From IMG/VR virus record IMGVR_UViG_3300042907_001518, positions 36,502-100,501 of that record: DNA of 64,000 nucleotides; one strand, given 5' to 3'. Origin of the DNA: a virus. The notes beneath the pieces are model-generated. The model was not told the origin of the DNA, ran no database searches, and was given only the letters and a program-made list of their open reading frames with translations. Shown in pieces: positions 61,521 to 64,000 of this stretch (positions within the stretch are counted from its first letter, which is position 1; the number at the start of each line of letters is the position of its first letter). Made by a program: the position numbers and the translations under genes.

Positions 61521-62261
61521 ATGAAAAAAGTATTTTTTAGTTTTTTATTAGCCATATTATATTCTAATCTTTTATTTAGTGGTACTATTGATCCATCAGT
61601 ACCAGATGAAAAATATATTGAATATGGCAAATCTTTTGAATATATAGTTAGTCTATGTGGACAAACACAAGATGAAAAAACATACTGTGCTTCCGCTGTT
61701 ATCATTAAGCCTAAGTTCATACTAACAGCCGCACACGTTGTAAAGGACGCTTCCACAGGATTTATTACTTTTAATGGTAAGAAATATAAAATTGAATATT
61801 TCTTTTATCCTAAAGAATACGACCACAATCAGTTTGGAAAATGTGATATAGCAATAGGAAAATTGGAAAAGGAGGTGGAGTTAAAGTTTTATCCACCATT
61901 ATATAAAGATAATGATGAAGTAGGTAAAATCTGTTGTATATCTGGATTTGGTCTTACAGGTAATTTTAATACTGGTGCAAATATGTCCGATAACAGAAGA
62001 CGCGCTGGTTCTAATGTTATTGATTATATAGATAAAGATTTATTGATTTGTTCACCATCAAAAAACGATAGACAAAAAACAAGTTTAGAATTTTTAATTG
62101 CTAGTGGAGATAGTGGTGGTGGTTTATTTATTGATGGTAAGTTAGCTGGAATAAATTCTTGTGTTATAGCAGATAAGGTTCCACGCTCAGACTATAAAAC
62201 AGAAGCCGGTCATACAAGAATAAGTAATTTCATAGAATGGATAGAAGAAAACACAGAGTAA
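61521..62261 (+). CDS. Trypsin-like serine protease with signal peptide
   Basis: LTAAHV, CDIAI, GDSGGG catalytic triad motifs. Confidence 0.9.
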   Translation: MKKVFFSFLLAILYSNLLFSGTIDPSVPDEKYIEYGKSFEYIVSLCGQTQDEKTYCASAVIIKPKFILTAAHVVKDASTGFITFNGKKYKIEYFFYPKEYDHNQFGKCDIAIGKLEKEVELKFYPPLYKDNDEVGKICCISGFGLTGNFNTGANMSDNRRRAGSNVIDYIDKDLLICSPSKNDRQKTSLEFLIASGDSGGGLFIDGKLAGINSCVIADKVPRSDYKTEAGHTRISNFIEWIEENTE

Positions 62262-63072
62262 TAGTATATTCACCCGCTGCATAATAAATATATCCAATAT
62301 GGTCATTTGTCAAGCAATAAAAAATCTTATTGGTCGCTTGACTTCAAAAATTCACAACCTACTAATAAGTATTAGATTCGTATACAAACTCAAACCAATA
62401 TGTCAGATTTAGATAAAAAAGACGTTCGACGCCAAAAACTTTTAGATAAAAACTTTAAAAAAGACAAAGTTTCAGAAGAGCAGAAGTTTGTTGCTAAAAA
62501 TAAAAAACAACTTAAGCGACGTATGGAAGATATGAAAGCAGAAGAATTGTGGGAAGATTGGGAAAATGAAATACATTGAAGAACTTTGTCCTGGAGATAT
62601 TTTTCAGAGCAACGATAAATTTTTCCTATTAACCTCTGACTTTAAAAAAAGCGGAGCAAAACTAGCATTTTCTCTACAAGACGGTTCTGCCAAATGGTTC
62701 GATAGTCAGACTATTATTGAGACCCTATCAATATATAGATTAGATAACGATAATAATACTATTCCTATTAAAATATCCTATAATGTTCCTAATCAGATTA
62801 CAAACATTTCTTAAATCTTTATTTTGGCATATTAGCAGAGGATTGCCCAAAAGCGATAAAAAAACTATTTCATATAGATTCTCTATTTGCACAGATTGTG
62901 ATCAATACGATAAAATCAATAAAATATGCTGTGTTTGTGGATGTAACATATCCGATAAAAGCATATTTCTAAATAAATTAGCTTGGGCCGATCAAAAGTG
63001 TCCACTACAGAAATGGTAAAATAGTGGTGTATAATACAATAATAGCCAACCACACTAATTAAAGAGGACAAG

Positions 63073-63933
63073 ATGGCCGTCAAAATTCAACTACGAAGAG
63101 ATACTTCTACCAACTGGTCAACTATCAATCCCGTATTAGCCCAAGGCGAACCCGGCTATGAAACAAATACTGGTAAAGTAAAGTTTGGTGATGGGTCTTT
63201 AAACTGGAATAGTTTATCATATTTTGCTGATGGTGCGTCCTTAACTATTGAACAAGTTGAGGATACTTTAGGAACATCATTTTTAGTTGCTGGTAGCGGT
63301 ATTGTTCTTAACTATAGTGATAGTGGCAATACTCTAACTATAAGTTCTAGTGGTAGTGGAGGCGTTACATTAGAACAAGTACAAGACAATTTAGGCACAT
63401 CGTTTCTTGTTGCTGGTACAGGAATATCGCTATCTTATAATGATGGTAGTGATACCTTAACTATTAACGCAACATCTGTAGCAAATAGTGGCGATAACAG
63501 AATATTAACTAGCACAGGTACTAACACGGGTATTAATGCTGAAGCTAATATGACATTTAATGGTACTAGTCTCATTGTTAGCGGTAATGCTAAGTTTACT
63601 CAAGTACATCCAACAGTATCAGACGTAGCCACAACCTCTGGGTCAATAACATCGAACATATCTACTGGTCAAATTTTTGATATTACTATTAATGGATCAA
63701 CTACATTAAGTAATCCTACTAATAGTATTGATGGTGTTACGGTGAGATGGAGAATAACTCAAGGTGGTTCTGGCTCCAATTCCATAAGTCTAGGTGGAAA
63801 GTTTAACATTCCTTCATCAGCAACTAGCCCATTACCTTGGAGTACTGGTGTTGGAGCAACAGATATATTAGCAGCAACATATGATTCCGGTCGAGATGAA
63901 TGGGATGTTATCGCTTTCGTGCCCGGTTATTAA
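63073..63933 (+). CDS. Tail-fibre-like protein (Mtd/hyaluronidase N-terminal motif)
   Basis: IQLRRDT..W...NPVLAQGEPGYETNTGKVKFGDG; internal repeat EQVxDxLGTSFLVAG twice. Confidence 0.75.
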   Translation: MAVKIQLRRDTSTNWSTINPVLAQGEPGYETNTGKVKFGDGSLNWNSLSYFADGASLTIEQVEDTLGTSFLVAGSGIVLNYSDSGNTLTISSSGSGGVTLEQVQDNLGTSFLVAGTGISLSYNDGSDTLTINATSVANSGDNRILTSTGTNTGINAEANMTFNGTSLIVSGNAKFTQVHPTVSDVATTSGSITSNISTGQIFDITINGSTTLSNPTNSIDGVTVRWRITQGGSGSNSISLGGKFNIPSSATSPLPWSTGVGATDILAATYDSGRDEWDVIAFVPGY

Positions 63934-64000
63934 TTTAATAGGAGATTATTATGAATTTACCCAATCCAGTTACTATACAGCCACCAACAATCACCAGAGC

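Noticed and set aside
1-64000. Stop-codon reassignment or suppressor tRNA
   Set aside because: Known genes are full length in the standard code and all three stops are used; the 26857 tRNA loop centres on ACT, not CTA.

Overview
64-kb segment of a large, AT-rich tailed dsDNA phage (Caudoviricetes). The host may be in the PVC group/Planctomycetota, inferred weakly from a PEP-CTERM protein and a proline/aromatic-rich secreted-type protein. 1-11.1 kb (minus strand) is a head and packaging operon: sigma-like factor, HNH, ERCC4 nuclease, terminase, portal, protease/scaffold, decoration protein, major capsid protein and a collagen-like fibre. 11.8-25.7 kb (plus strand) is an early-type region cut into small promoter-gene modules by 13 copies of a 78-bp element with invariant geometry (25-bp palindromic box, 28-bp GC-rich spacer, 25-bp box). 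It also carries tRNAs and candidate structured RNAs. 25.7-60 kb holds many small ORFs plus ThyX, UvsE, DNA ligase, a glycosylase-like protein, rIIA/rIIB, RuvB, several HNH insertions, more tRNAs, and a tmRNA split inside pseudoknot 1 by an EndoVII-type nuclease gene bounded by a perfect 19-bp inverted repeat. The right end encodes an actin-fold ATPase, a trypsin-like protease and a tail-fibre-like protein. All calls are by eye, with no database searches.
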